Source: a virus
Lineage: Duplodnaviria; Caudoviricetes
Direction: 5' to 3' (one strand)
DNA length: 45,376 nucleotides
IMG/VR virus record: IMGVR_UViG_3300009095_000003
Location: 1 to 45,376 of that record
In this document: piece after piece, positions 15,623 to 25,172 of the stretch
Position numbering within the stretch: position 1 is the stretch's first letter
Layout: each line of letters begins with the position of its first letter
Program-made: the position numbers and the translations under genes
The notes under the pieces: generated by a model
Database searches by the model: none
Told to the model about the DNA's origin: nothing
The model's input: only the letters and a program-made list of their open reading frames with translations

Positions 15623-16997
15623 ATTTCTTTATCTTAGCTTTAACCGCTTCCATTAAACTGTCTTGCTTGGCGCTTTTGCTTTTTTGAGACTTTATAACGT
15701 CTTCATCCATGGTTTTAGAAGCAACCAATTTATGCACAATTACTACATTTTTTTGGCCCTGTCTATCAAGTCGAGCATTAAATTGTTGTTCTAATTCCAA
15801 TGACCAGGTTTGTCCAAACCAAACTATAATATGGCCACCCGCTTGAAGATTTAATCCATGGCCGCCAGAAGCTGGGTGCATTATCATGACTTGAATTTTA
15901 CCAGCATTCCAATCTTTAACATCTTGGTCAGTTTTTAACTGGACTGGCTTGTAAGATTTTAAAGCTTCTTTTATGCGATGTAAGTCATGTTGATACGTAT
16001 ACGCAACGAGAACCGGTTTACCATTAGCATCTTCGATGATTTCTTTAAGGGCTTCGATTTTTAGGTCATGCACTACGTGCCAATCTTTATTCTCATCATA
16101 TACTGCACCATTAGCAAATTGCAATAGCTTGTTAGATAGAGCCGCAGCACTTACTGCCGTGATTGCTTCATCTTCAGGCTGCTCAGCGAATAACTGAAGC
16201 ACTTGGTCACGCTCAAAAGCTTCATATTTAGCTTGTATATCAGGAGGTAAAACAATTTTAATAACGTTGTCAATACGACCTGGAAGACTCAAATAATCTT
16301 TAGCTTTCATAGACATGCAAATGTCACCTATTTTTTCATGTATACGCGCTTCTCCATCTGTGACTAAATCGTATTTATATATTATTGCACCATTGCGTTT
16401 TCCTGGCTTAAAGTATTCTTCTCTAAAGCGAGTTATAAATTTGCCTAAACGTTCACCTCTATCTAGCAAGTATATTTGACTCCATAAGTCAATCAATCCA
16501 TTTGGCGCTGGTGTACCTGTCAATCCAACGACTCGTTTGAATGAAGGTTGCACGCCTCTCAAAGCTTTAAATCGGATTGATTTTGGATTTTTAAACGATG
16601 ATAATTCGTCAATAACCAGCATATCAAATGGCAACATAGAACCGCCATACAAACCGCATAGCCATGATATGTTATCGCGACTAACAAGATATACATCTGC
16701 ATTCTTTCTAAGAGCTTCTTTGCGCTGTTTTGCGGTACCTATAATCTTGCTAACTCTTAAATCCTTGAGATGTTCCCATTTTTCACACTCAGCATCCCAT
16801 ACACTTTCAACTACTCGCTTAGGCCCAACGACTAACGTTTTGGAAATTTCAAGCTCTTCAAACATGAGCTTTTTAATAGCTGTTAAAGATGAAACTGTTT
16901 TGCCAAGTCCCATTTCAAGAAATAATCCGGCATGGGTATTGTCCATTATATGCTCTACTGCCGCAACTTGATAATCATGCAAATCTGCTTCATTCAT
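15609..16997 (-). CDS. SNF2-family helicase
   Basis: EMGLGKT, VIDELS, LTGTP, GHGLNLQ, ARLDRQGQ. Confidence 0.95.
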   Translation of the reverse strand: MNEADLHDYQVAAVEHIMDNTHAGLFLEMGLGKTVSSLTAIKKLMFEELEISKTLVVGPKRVVESVWDAECEKWEHLKDLRVSKIIGTAKQRKEALRKNADVYLVSRDNISWLCGLYGGSMLPFDMLVIDELSSFKNPKSIRFKALRGVQPSFKRVVGLTGTPAPNGLIDLWSQIYLLDRGERLGKFITRFREEYFKPGKRNGAIIYKYDLVTDGEARIHEKIGDICMSMKAKDYLSLPGRIDNVIKIVLPPDIQAKYEAFERDQVLQLFAEQPEDEAITAVSAAALSNKLLQFANGAVYDENKDWHVVHDLKIEALKEIIEDANGKPVLVAYTYQHDLHRIKEALKSYKPVQLKTDQDVKDWNAGKIQVMIMHPASGGHGLNLQAGGHIIVWFGQTWSLELEQQFNARLDRQGQKNVVIVHKLVASKTMDEDVIKSQKSKSAKQDSLMEAVKAKIKKYVKA

Positions 16998-17271
16998 AAT
17001 CTTTCAAAATATTTTCTATTTGTTCGCTTGTATCTATTACTTCAACTCTAAATCCGAGTTTTCTTAACTTGGCGTGCCAAAATAGTTGTAGCTTTTTTGG
17101 CTTTTGTTTTGTTGTTTTTATCTCAGCGAAGAATATTCTTCCTCCTGGTAAAAGACAAATCCTGTCAGGAATTCCTGCCACAAATAAAGGCACAAATTTG
17201 AAAGTTAAACCAAGAAGCTTTTTAACTCCTCGGTTTAGTTTTCTTTCGAGGTCTTTTTCACTTTCAATCAT
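16990..17271 (-). CDS. VRR-NUC nuclease
   Basis: SEKDLE, GIPDRI, FAEIK, LQ; ATG 17271 coupled by TAATG. Confidence 0.92.
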   Translation of the reverse strand: MIESEKDLERKLNRGVKKLLGLTFKFVPLFVAGIPDRICLLPGGRIFFAEIKTTKQKPKKLQLFWHAKLRKLGFRVEVIDTSEQIENILKDYE

Positions 17272-17495
17272 TAGTAGCTCCAAAGATTATATTTCTTTTT
17301 GTCGCACCATTCTCTTATGGCGGCCATAACTCTATGGGTATCCGGGCTTCCAAATTCAGCGCTACTGAATTTTTCTTGAGATGTTGGGTAATTCCAGTGG
17401 ACATATACTTTCTTAACGTAAAATCCTTCCACTAATTCTGTTACTACTACTGCCGTAGCTAACACATTTCCTGATAAAAATACTTTTGTTTTCAT
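17271..17495 (-). CDS. Hypothetical protein
   Basis: 74-aa ORF directly after a promoter repeat. Confidence 0.7.
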   Translation of the reverse strand: MKTKVFLSGNVLATAVVVTELVEGFYVKKVYVHWNYPTSQEKFSSAEFGSPDTHRVMAAIREWCDKKKYNLWSY

Positions 17496-17513
17496 TTCGT
17501 ATCTACGTTTAAG

Positions 17514-17589
17514 TGTTATTTGATATTGCTAAAGTACAAAGTCTTTTTGAAACAGAAAAATATTTTTATAAAAAATTTAAAATTATTTT
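17514..17589 (-). promoter_or_regulatory. Repeated early-type promoter element
   Basis: TGCTAAAGTA at 17527-17536 and AAAAATATTTTT at 17556-17567. Confidence 0.8.
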
Positions 17590-19973
17590 CAATCTATTTT
17601 TCTGACGTAGTATTTCTGCTTACCATAAAGCTTGAAACTTCTTGTGGATTTGCATTGCTCCCAGTTCTCCAAACTTCTCAAAATATCATTTATTTCACGA
17701 GTCTTATAGCGGTCCATATCTTCACGGTTCTTGCCTAAACACTCGCACCATATTTCAGCAACACAGACGTAGTCACGCTCAACAGTTCCATTGGCAGCAA
17801 GTGGGTCATCCAAAAATGCACGGCGTTCGTACAAGTCTAAGGAGTCCCAATCAACAGGCAACAATCTATCAAGATAATTCTCAATAATACCTGAGCGCTC
17901 ATCGTTTTCACTGTGCTCACGCTGTTCATGTTCTGCTATGATTTTAGCATCTTCACTTAAAAACAGTGGTTCGCCTTTCTTATACATAACCATTGCCTCA
18001 GCCCAAATTTGGTCAATCTCGCTTTCAGTTAAATCGTCAAAAACACTTTTAGTTGCTCTTTCAATCACAACGTCAATTGGGTTAAACCGTCTATTTCCTG
18101 ACGGGTCTCTTAAGAATGCTGGATTGTTCGTAGTTCCAAAGAATACGCATTGACGCGGATATGTTTCTGAAGTTCTTCCGTAAGCTGGTCTGAATGTATC
18201 TTCTTGCTTTGAGATAAAATGCTTGACCGCTTCAACTTCAACTTTACGAAGTCCTGATAGTTCAGCCATTTCAATTAGCCATGCACCTTGTATCTGTTCA
18301 AGTGCTTCTTTTCCTTGTACGGTTAAAAAGGTATCACTGAACCACTCTTTTCCCAACTTCTTAATAAATGTACTCTTACCGCAACCCTGATTTCCAACAA
18401 GTGTAAGTACTAAGTCAAACTTGCATCCTGGCTTCATGATACGAGCAACAGCTCCAACAAGCATTTTTCTTATAGCTTCTTTTGAATAAATATTGTCGTC
18501 GGCTCCAAAATAATCAATAAGTAAATTGTCGACTCTTTCTTCACCGTCCCATTCAAGGCTGCGCAAATAATCGATGATTGGGTGAAAGCCATTTTTCTCA
18601 AATTCCAAATTCATCGTATCTTCAATTTTAAGGGTCCCAGAAATGCCATAAATACTTTCAATATAGTTACGTACTCCAGAAAAATCTACGTTCTTCACAG
18701 GCTCAGGTTTCAAGACTTTTCTCCATGGCAGATTACCAAATACGTAGTTCTTGTTGTCAAATCTGTTTTGTTTGAATAAACCTCTTAGGCGAATATCATT
18801 TGCAAATATTAAATTAAGGTTTACAGCTGATGAAACGTATTTACCGCGAGCATCAAGCTCAAGGTCTTGCATCCAATCAATGTCTTCGCCTTCAAGTTGC
18901 TCGTAGTCTAAATCTTCAATGAAGTCATATTTTGCATCCGCTATATTCTCAGAAGCTATAATCTTTTTGACTTCTTTGTCCTCTCTCGCATACTCTTCCA
19001 TAGCTTTAAAGCTCTGTTGCTTTGAGCCGTGGAGTTCTGTGTTTTCGCTATCTAGATGGCCAAATTTGTGAATGCGTACAAGGTCAAAGGCATTGCATAA
19101 TTTTCCGCTACATGGGTCAGTACCGTGATGAGAAAAAGCAAATTTGTCATCATATATGATAAGCCCAGCAGCAGTTGTACCTTTGCAATATGTATATCTG
19201 CCATCTCCGGCTGGCGTATAAATTTCGCTTAAGAATTTTTCAATAGCTTCAGTTACTGAGTACGTTCTACAGAATGCACCAACTACTCCTTTTTTATTTT
19301 CAGGGTCTTCTTGCTTTTCGGCTGACGTTTTTATCTTTTGAATTTGGTTGGTGCTTGTAGGCCATAGACTCGAGTCTGTCCAATCTGTATATGTCGCCAG
19401 AACCTCATCTGCATCCACCCAAGGACCATCTTGGAAACGGAAGTAATAATCTATGTCCTTAGGATTTGATGGCCAGAACATGAGTCTATTAGGTTCAAAT
19501 GTAGTATTATCAAATAAGTCAATATTCAATAGTCCAGCTATCCGTCTTGCAATTGCTACGTATTCGTCAGGAGTAACTTCACGACTTATAGGCATTACCA
19601 GCCTATAGCGAGGACTTGTCTCGTGGTGCTTATGAGAAGAATGTAGAACAGCAGCATTTTCAAACTGCATTTGGAAGTCATCCCAAAATTCACCGTGAGC
19701 AAAATCAATATCTAAAGTCAAAAGCTGTTTGTGAACGATATTCTCAGGCTTACGTCTACCTTGTCTAAGGTAACCACCAACATATCCACCAACATCCTTT
19801 ATTTTACTCTGCTCATCTTTAGTAGCAGCAATATATTCCTTAAATGTTTCTGTTGTCTTATGCTCTTCCGATAATCTCTGAACTAATTCTGACCACTGAA
19901 ACTTTTTATTTTTCCAAATTTTGGATTTCGCTGACATGCCTACGGCTATGTCTAAAGTACCGTCAAATTTCAT
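17589..19973 (-). CDS. Primase fused to VirE/VapE-family helicase
   Basis: N-terminal LDID/HSSHKH/PRYRL prim-pol-like motifs; GNQGCGKST, EMAEL, GTTN, DPSGNRRF. Confidence 0.92.
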   Translation of the reverse strand: MKFDGTLDIAVGMSAKSKIWKNKKFQWSELVQRLSEEHKTTETFKEYIAATKDEQSKIKDVGGYVGGYLRQGRRKPENIVHKQLLTLDIDFAHGEFWDDFQMQFENAAVLHSSHKHHETSPRYRLVMPISREVTPDEYVAIARRIAGLLNIDLFDNTTFEPNRLMFWPSNPKDIDYYFRFQDGPWVDADEVLATYTDWTDSSLWPTSTNQIQKIKTSAEKQEDPENKKGVVGAFCRTYSVTEAIEKFLSEIYTPAGDGRYTYCKGTTAAGLIIYDDKFAFSHHGTDPCSGKLCNAFDLVRIHKFGHLDSENTELHGSKQQSFKAMEEYAREDKEVKKIIASENIADAKYDFIEDLDYEQLEGEDIDWMQDLELDARGKYVSSAVNLNLIFANDIRLRGLFKQNRFDNKNYVFGNLPWRKVLKPEPVKNVDFSGVRNYIESIYGISGTLKIEDTMNLEFEKNGFHPIIDYLRSLEWDGEERVDNLLIDYFGADDNIYSKEAIRKMLVGAVARIMKPGCKFDLVLTLVGNQGCGKSTFIKKLGKEWFSDTFLTVQGKEALEQIQGAWLIEMAELSGLRKVEVEAVKHFISKQEDTFRPAYGRTSETYPRQCVFFGTTNNPAFLRDPSGNRRFNPIDVVIERATKSVFDDLTESEIDQIWAEAMVMYKKGEPLFLSEDAKIIAEHEQREHSENDERSGIIENYLDRLLPVDWDSLDLYERRAFLDDPLAANGTVERDYVCVAEIWCECLGKNREDMDRYKTREINDILRSLENWEQCKSTRSFKLYGKQKYYVRKID

Positions 19974-19979
19974 ATATGA

Positions 19980-21944
19980 TTAATCTTTTTTATAAAAGTC
20001 CGTAATATACCCATCTGCTTTTAGAGGCAAGCCTAATGCCCATGGAACTTCAGCCCCCATAATATCACACATTTGTTCAAGCAGTTCTTCGCCTTTTGAT
20101 TTGTCAACTTCAGCAACGACCTCATCATGCACATGCATAACTATCGAAAATCCAGCTTTATCTAATTGTTGCATTGAATACGCTAATAAATCTCGAGCAA
20201 TTGCTTGAACAATATTCTCTACGAATTTACCTCCGTAAGAGTCTATCCACCACCATTTTTTTGTCATTTGGTCTAAGCCTTTATATTTTACTGACTCTTG
20301 TCCAAACCTATTAGTTGTTGTCGTGGCTTGTTGATAGAATAATTTTCTTCCAGAAGGCAATTCAATAGTAAGCGCATCACCATCGAAGTAAAACTTTAAA
20401 TTTCTAAACTTAGTTAGTATAACTGGTTTACGAGTTTTAACGGCTCTTATTGCTGCTTCATTTACTTCATACCACAGTTTTACGATACTTGGGTTTTTCT
20501 TTCTCCAAAGCTTTACAATCCTATCCATCTCCATATCTGTCAATCCCATTTTTTCACCGCCCATTTGACGTAAAGCTCCAAGAGCTCCTTGGTAACCAAG
20601 TGCTAATTCTGAGATTTTTCCTTTATCTCTTAGCTCACTTCCTTTTGTAACGCTTTCGATTGGAACGTTAAACATCATAGAAGCAGAAGCTTCGTATATT
20701 TTACCATGGGTTTCGAATACATCAAGGCGCCATTTTTCATTTGCAAGCCAAGCAATGACTCTAGCCTCAATAGCGCTAAAATCTGCAACGGCAAATGTAC
20801 ATTCTTTCTTAGCAATGAATGTTGTTCTAATTAGCTGACTTAATACATTCGATATATCATCGTAAAACATTGCTGCCAATTCATAATCTCCTGAGGCGAT
20901 TAAAGAACGAGCTTGCTCTAAATCTTTAATATGGTTTTGGGGTAAATTTTGCAATTGCACTAATCGACCAGCCCAGCGTCCAGTACGGTTTGCTCCATAA
21001 AATTGAAACAGTCCTCGAACACGGTCATCATTACATGCGCAATTAAGCATTGCCACGTATTTTTTAGTGCTTGATTTGCTTGACTTCTTTCTTAAGCTTA
21101 AAACTTCTTTAACAGCTTCCGACTCAGCTTCTTCAACGAGTGTATTCATAGCTTCCTTGGCCAATGTTGTTATTTCTTTTCCCATGGCAAGGCTTAACCA
21201 CTGTTTGAGCTGAGCCGGGCTGTTTGGATTATCTAATCCAGTAAGTTCAATGAGTTGCTTAGTCATTAATTCTGAATGCAATTCATCTATGTGATATGCA
21301 TTCTTAGCCATGTCTATATCAACCAATATACCTCTGTCATTTATCTGTTGGTCTAAGATATAGTTAATGCGTTCAAAATCTGGTATAGCGTATGCTTCTA
21401 ATCTTTTGCCAATTTCACGTTCAGCCTCAACGTCGTTTATACAGTACAATTTGAACTCTTCCCATTTTTCCATATCATGCTCAGGAAAATTACGCTCACG
21501 CATTCCATTTGCTTTCGTTGGTTTGATAGGCATTGAGAAATATCGAATAAGCGCTTTACCGGTTGAAAGCTTTCCTTTTTCTTCAAGTTTCAAAGCTTCT
21601 GATACCATGGCCAAAGATAATGGCAATCCGCAATATGCTGCTTTAACAGCTGAGCAATACCACTGTTCTATTGGTACGTCATACCCAATAGCTCTAAATG
21701 CATTTCTTTCGAAGTTGGCGTTGTGTGCATGCTTCTCAATTGATGGGTCCAGTAAGGCATCCAAAAATTCCTGAGGTATTTCATCTCCAAGGGCCAAATC
21801 AATCATTCTAATAGGTTCGTCATCGAATGCATAGGCAATCATGAGAATTTCAAAATCTATCGACTCACAATACTTATACGCGCCTGCGGTCATAATGTCG
21901 ATAGATGAATAGGTTTCAATATCTATGTGAAGCTGTCTAGCCAT
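19980..21944 (-). CDS. DNA polymerase family A with 3'-5' exonuclease
   Basis: DIETYS, HNANFE, RTGRWA, ADFSAIEAR, KGKISELALGY, HVHDE. Confidence 0.96.
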   Translation of the reverse strand: MARQLHIDIETYSSIDIMTAGAYKYCESIDFEILMIAYAFDDEPIRMIDLALGDEIPQEFLDALLDPSIEKHAHNANFERNAFRAIGYDVPIEQWYCSAVKAAYCGLPLSLAMVSEALKLEEKGKLSTGKALIRYFSMPIKPTKANGMRERNFPEHDMEKWEEFKLYCINDVEAEREIGKRLEAYAIPDFERINYILDQQINDRGILVDIDMAKNAYHIDELHSELMTKQLIELTGLDNPNSPAQLKQWLSLAMGKEITTLAKEAMNTLVEEAESEAVKEVLSLRKKSSKSSTKKYVAMLNCACNDDRVRGLFQFYGANRTGRWAGRLVQLQNLPQNHIKDLEQARSLIASGDYELAAMFYDDISNVLSQLIRTTFIAKKECTFAVADFSAIEARVIAWLANEKWRLDVFETHGKIYEASASMMFNVPIESVTKGSELRDKGKISELALGYQGALGALRQMGGEKMGLTDMEMDRIVKLWRKKNPSIVKLWYEVNEAAIRAVKTRKPVILTKFRNLKFYFDGDALTIELPSGRKLFYQQATTTTNRFGQESVKYKGLDQMTKKWWWIDSYGGKFVENIVQAIARDLLAYSMQQLDKAGFSIVMHVHDEVVAEVDKSKGEELLEQMCDIMGAEVPWALGLPLKADGYITDFYKKD

Positions 21945-21964
21945 TTTTTATATTTTTTGTTTTG

Positions 21965-22060
21965 TGGGTGAAAGAGGACTCGAACCTCTATGCAGTTATT
22001 TTCATGTGCTATTACCTGCGTCCTGCTCTAGGATATGCCTACCAATTACATCATTCACCC
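21965..22060 (-). ncRNA. tRNA-like RNA (class II / Leu-like body, aberrant anticodon arm)
   Basis: Acceptor GGGTGAA/TTCACCC + A; D arm ATG-TAATTGGTAGG-CAT; T arm AGAGG-TTCGAGT-CCTCT; anticodon arm only TCCT-AGAGC-AGGA; long variable arm GCAG...CTGC. Confidence 0.75.
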
Positions 22061-22062
22061 AG

Positions 22063-22096
22063 ATAAAAATAAAGGCTTCCTAAAAAGCCTTTATTT
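22063..22096 (-). terminator. Intrinsic terminator after the SSB gene
   Basis: 12-bp stem AAATAAAGGCTT/AAGCCTTTATTT with a T-rich tail. Confidence 0.75.
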
Positions 22097-22116
22097 GATT
22101 TTTGATTTTCTAAAGA

Positions 22117-22647
22117 CTACATTAAATCGTCATCTGCACCGAAGTCCTCTTCTGCAGAAGAACCTCCTCCGGATAATCTAATGCCGTCTTCTAGTTTTTG
22201 TAAGTTGTTCAATCCAACCGCTACGCCTTTGTTACCTGATACGTTGAACGCATAGAAGTTAACAGAAGCGCGTCCGTAGCACCCGCTGTAAAATTCATCT
22301 TTGTCCATAATCGGGTCAAGGTTTGCATCTACTATCCCAGGTTTTCGAGAGCTGTTGGCATTGATGAAATAAGAATTTTCGTAGTTCTCATCATCTGGTC
22401 TTTCTTCGTCTCCGTCACGCAATGGGTTTTTGTAGTTAGTTGGGATTTTACCTCCAAATTTTGCTTTGCCTTCTTCAAGAGCTGCTTTAATGGCTGCTTT
22501 GATTTTGTCTATCAGCTTAGTATCTGACTTAGGAATGATAATCGAAACAGAATACTTTTTTTCTTGGCCTTCTTCGATTGCAGATGGCTCGAATACGTGT
22601 GCGTAGCTGAAACGCACTTTGCTGGTAATTACTTTTGTTGTTGACAT
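22117..22647 (-). CDS. ssDNA-binding protein (DUF2815 / T7 gp2.5-like)
   Basis: VRFSYAHVFEP, PLRDGD, YSGCYGR, GLNNLQK, acidic tail. Confidence 0.92.
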   Translation of the reverse strand: MSTTKVITSKVRFSYAHVFEPSAIEEGQEKKYSVSIIIPKSDTKLIDKIKAAIKAALEEGKAKFGGKIPTNYKNPLRDGDEERPDDENYENSYFINANSSRKPGIVDANLDPIMDKDEFYSGCYGRASVNFYAFNVSGNKGVAVGLNNLQKLEDGIRLSGGGSSAEEDFGADDDLM

Positions 22648-22665
22648 GTTTTAAATTTTTTAATT

Positions 22666-22717
22666 GTTATTTGATAGTGCTAAAGTACACATTTATTTTT
22701 AATCTAAAAATATTTTT
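22666..22717 (-). promoter_or_regulatory. Repeated promoter element (upstream of SSB)
   Basis: TGCTAAAGTA at 22678-22687; AAAAATATTTTT 18 bp away. Confidence 0.75.
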
Positions 22718-22739
22718 TACTTTTTTTTGAAAATATTTT

Positions 22740-23915
22740 TTAATCTTTGAAGTCTAATTTTGCCTGCTCCACTCCCATGGCTGGGCGTTTATCGCTTTCA
22801 GGCACTAATGTAGGAGCACCTGAAGGCTTGACTATGAACTCGTTAAGCTTAGGTCCGAAATTAGCTTTTCCAACTAGTTTTTCAATCGCTGATATGCCGG
22901 CTAATTTTGTTACCATATACTTATCTTCGTCATAGTCTTCTTTAAGCACCTCAATGACTTTATTTTCATCAAGCCATTTACGATTGCTTCTTCCTTCTAC
23001 GAGCTTATATCCAGGCCATTGTTTTCCTTTTTTAGCTTCATCAAGTACATAAGAACTTACAGAGCTTGCCCAGTCCTGAAATACTGACAATTGACCATAT
23101 ATCTCTAAGACTTCTTTATCTGATAAGACATGAGGGTCCTGAAACTCAAAAGCCGCAAGCTTCATATTCTCATTGGCTAAGCCTCGACAAACAGCTTTCG
23201 CTTTACAGAACTTGCACCATTCTCCAGGAGTCTGTTCACCTTCGCCAGCATAAGCTTTCAATGCTTTTGGTTTTACTTCATTTTCACCCCAAGCAATTAA
23301 GTCTTCTACTGATATTTCCCAAGTTGATACGTGGTCCAATCTAGGTTGAACAATAGTCAATCGGACTGTATGAATATCGTAAAGCAATTCGTATTCTCTA
23401 AGGGCACCAGAGCCATACAGTTTCAATTGAGGATTTTCTTCTGCATCTACCTTGACGCCTTTGCCATACTTTAGGTCTATGACATCCAGAACACCGTCAG
23501 CAATAATAACGTTATCGCCTGTACCAAAACCTTGCTCAACTAGATGTGAGAAGTCAAGTCGTTGCTCTACAAGCATAACAGCGTCAGGATTTTTCTGCTT
23601 CGCTACGTTGTAAGCTTCCATAACTATTTCAACATACTTTGCAACCTCCGGTTCCATTTCAGTTGAATACAGTTCATGCTTACGAAGTTTAGCAATCTCA
23701 GAGTTATACACCTTTTTGGATATTAGCCCAAGTTTGTGGCGTATTTCTATATCGCCAAACTCGTGCGCCAAAGTACCTTCGTCAGCGTATACTGAACGCT
23801 TCTCTTCAAAATTCTCTTCGAGTCTGGCACTAGGCGTACAGTTCATCCATCTCGAAGCTCCGGAAGCAGACAGAAGCGCATGCTTCCGAGCAGAATGATT
23901 AACAGCTTTTGCCAT
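22740..23915 (-). CDS. DUF2800 Cas4-like PD-(D/E)XK exonuclease
   Basis: HALLSASGASRWMNC, EGTLAHE, FGTGD, IDLKYG, QLKLY, WCKFCKAKAVC. Confidence 0.92.
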   Translation of the reverse strand: MAKAVNHSARKHALLSASGASRWMNCTPSARLEENFEEKRSVYADEGTLAHEFGDIEIRHKLGLISKKVYNSEIAKLRKHELYSTEMEPEVAKYVEIVMEAYNVAKQKNPDAVMLVEQRLDFSHLVEQGFGTGDNVIIADGVLDVIDLKYGKGVKVDAEENPQLKLYGSGALREYELLYDIHTVRLTIVQPRLDHVSTWEISVEDLIAWGENEVKPKALKAYAGEGEQTPGEWCKFCKAKAVCRGLANENMKLAAFEFQDPHVLSDKEVLEIYGQLSVFQDWASSVSSYVLDEAKKGKQWPGYKLVEGRSNRKWLDENKVIEVLKEDYDEDKYMVTKLAGISAIEKLVGKANFGPKLNEFIVKPSGAPTLVPESDKRPAMGVEQAKLDFKD

Positions 23916-23916
23916 A

Positions 23917-24333
23917 TTATAGGCTATTTAGAAAGTCAGCAAATGCTTGGTAGTGTTTAGCGTCAAGAGTTGACACAGACGTAGCTCCAAGTTTGGTAAG
24001 CTCGTTTTTGATTTCAGTTCTGTGGTCACCAACCTTAGTTGCAAGAAGAGCACGAACTTTTACAATGTCAATACTTCCTTCTGATTTTTCAGTTTTAGGA
24101 GCTTCAGCTTTTTTAGCTTCTTCCTTAGGAGTTTCCTTATGCGCTTCTTCAGCTTTTGCTTTTTCCTTTTTAGGAAGTTCAGCAGCTTTAGTTGTTGCTT
24201 TTGCCGTTTCTTTCTTCGGTGCAGGAGTTGCTGCTTCCGCGGTATTTCCTATTGCTTGTAAAAAGTTGGTTACCGCTAATACGTGTTGTCCATTGGTAGC
24301 ATCTATTTCTACCTCAAATTTAATTTTGCTCAT
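23917..24333 (-). CDS. Hypothetical protein with an Ala/Lys/Glu linker, typical upstream partner of DUF2800
   Basis: Low-complexity middle and helical C-terminus (VRALL...LGATSVSTL..Y). Confidence 0.8.
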   Translation of the reverse strand: MSKIKFEVEIDATNGQHVLAVTNFLQAIGNTAEAATPAPKKETAKATTKAAELPKKEKAKAEEAHKETPKEEAKKAEAPKTEKSEGSIDIVKVRALLATKVGDHRTEIKNELTKLGATSVSTLDAKHYQAFADFLNSL

Positions 24334-24736
24334 TGCTTTGATTTTTGATTATTATTGAATTTAATTCGTTAAGATATTCACTAACAGGAGTTGCTCCTGG
24401 AGTGATTACAGACTCATGAAATAGTGAGCCGTTATGGAAAATCTTAGTGACCCATGTTTCAGTACTAAGCTCAGCTTTATACTCTCCATTTTGGAATGCT
24501 ATTATTCCTGCTTTGCTTGTAGATTTCCAGCCATTTTCAGAATAAAGCTGGTCTATAGATAAGCCAGTCATTAGTGAGAGTTTACTGATTTGATTTGCAT
24601 CAAGTACTGCTTCACCTGCTAGCACTCTGTTAAGCGCAAGTTTAGGATATTTGTTTCCTGGAAACAGCTGCTGAGCTACTTCTTTTGGGTCAAGCTCTTG
24701 CTTGCTTATAATACCGTTTAAGTCTATTGTTTTCAT
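24320..24736 (-). CDS. XRE/Cro-like HTH-domain protein
   Basis: PKEVAQQL...LNRVLAGE..LDANQISKLSLMTGLSIDQL pattern. Confidence 0.6.
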   Translation of the reverse strand: MKTIDLNGIISKQELDPKEVAQQLFPGNKYPKLALNRVLAGEAVLDANQISKLSLMTGLSIDQLYSENGWKSTSKAGIIAFQNGEYKAELSTETWVTKIFHNGSLFHESVITPGATPVSEYLNELNSIIIKNQSNEQN

Positions 24737-24756
24737 ATATTTTGTTGTTACCTTTA

Positions 24757-24806
24757 TTTTGACAGTGCTAAAGTAGATACTTTTTCCGAGATTAAAAAAT
24801 ATTTTT
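24757..24806 (-). promoter_or_regulatory. Repeated promoter element (upstream of the HTH gene)
   Basis: TGCTAAAGTA at 24766-24775; AAAAATATTTTT 19 bp away. Confidence 0.75.
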
Positions 24807-24822
24807 ACTAAAAAAATAAAAT

Positions 24823-25152
24823 TTATTTTCTCAACATATCTTTTTGAAAGCGCAATCCTTCTTCTGGTGTGTAGGTATACGGAGCATCTGCAGGTATTAT
24901 GTAAATCCTGTCGCGAATTAATGCCTCAGCTTCAGTATGGAAAAAATCCTTTGCTACATGAGTCTGTACATGCTCGATTAAAAATCGGCCTTCTTTGAAC
25001 AGTATGAAATACTTGTTTTGGTTGAAGTTGTTAGACTCACTTGGCACATCAGTAATAACAGGTGTTTCTGGTTCTGCAGGAAAATAATCGTCGTCTTTTG
25101 TGCAAGCAGTAGCCAATATGACTACTGCTGAAATTAATAGTATTTTTTTCAT
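24823..25152 (-). CDS. Lipoprotein, probably surface exposed
   Basis: MKKILLISAVVILATA-C signal II followed by TKDDD. Confidence 0.85.
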   Translation of the reverse strand: MKKILLISAVVILATACTKDDDYFPAEPETPVITDVPSESNNFNQNKYFILFKEGRFLIEHVQTHVAKDFFHTEAEALIRDRIYIIPADAPYTYTPEEGLRFQKDMLRK

Positions 25153-25172
25153 TGTTTCTACGTTTAATTGAT

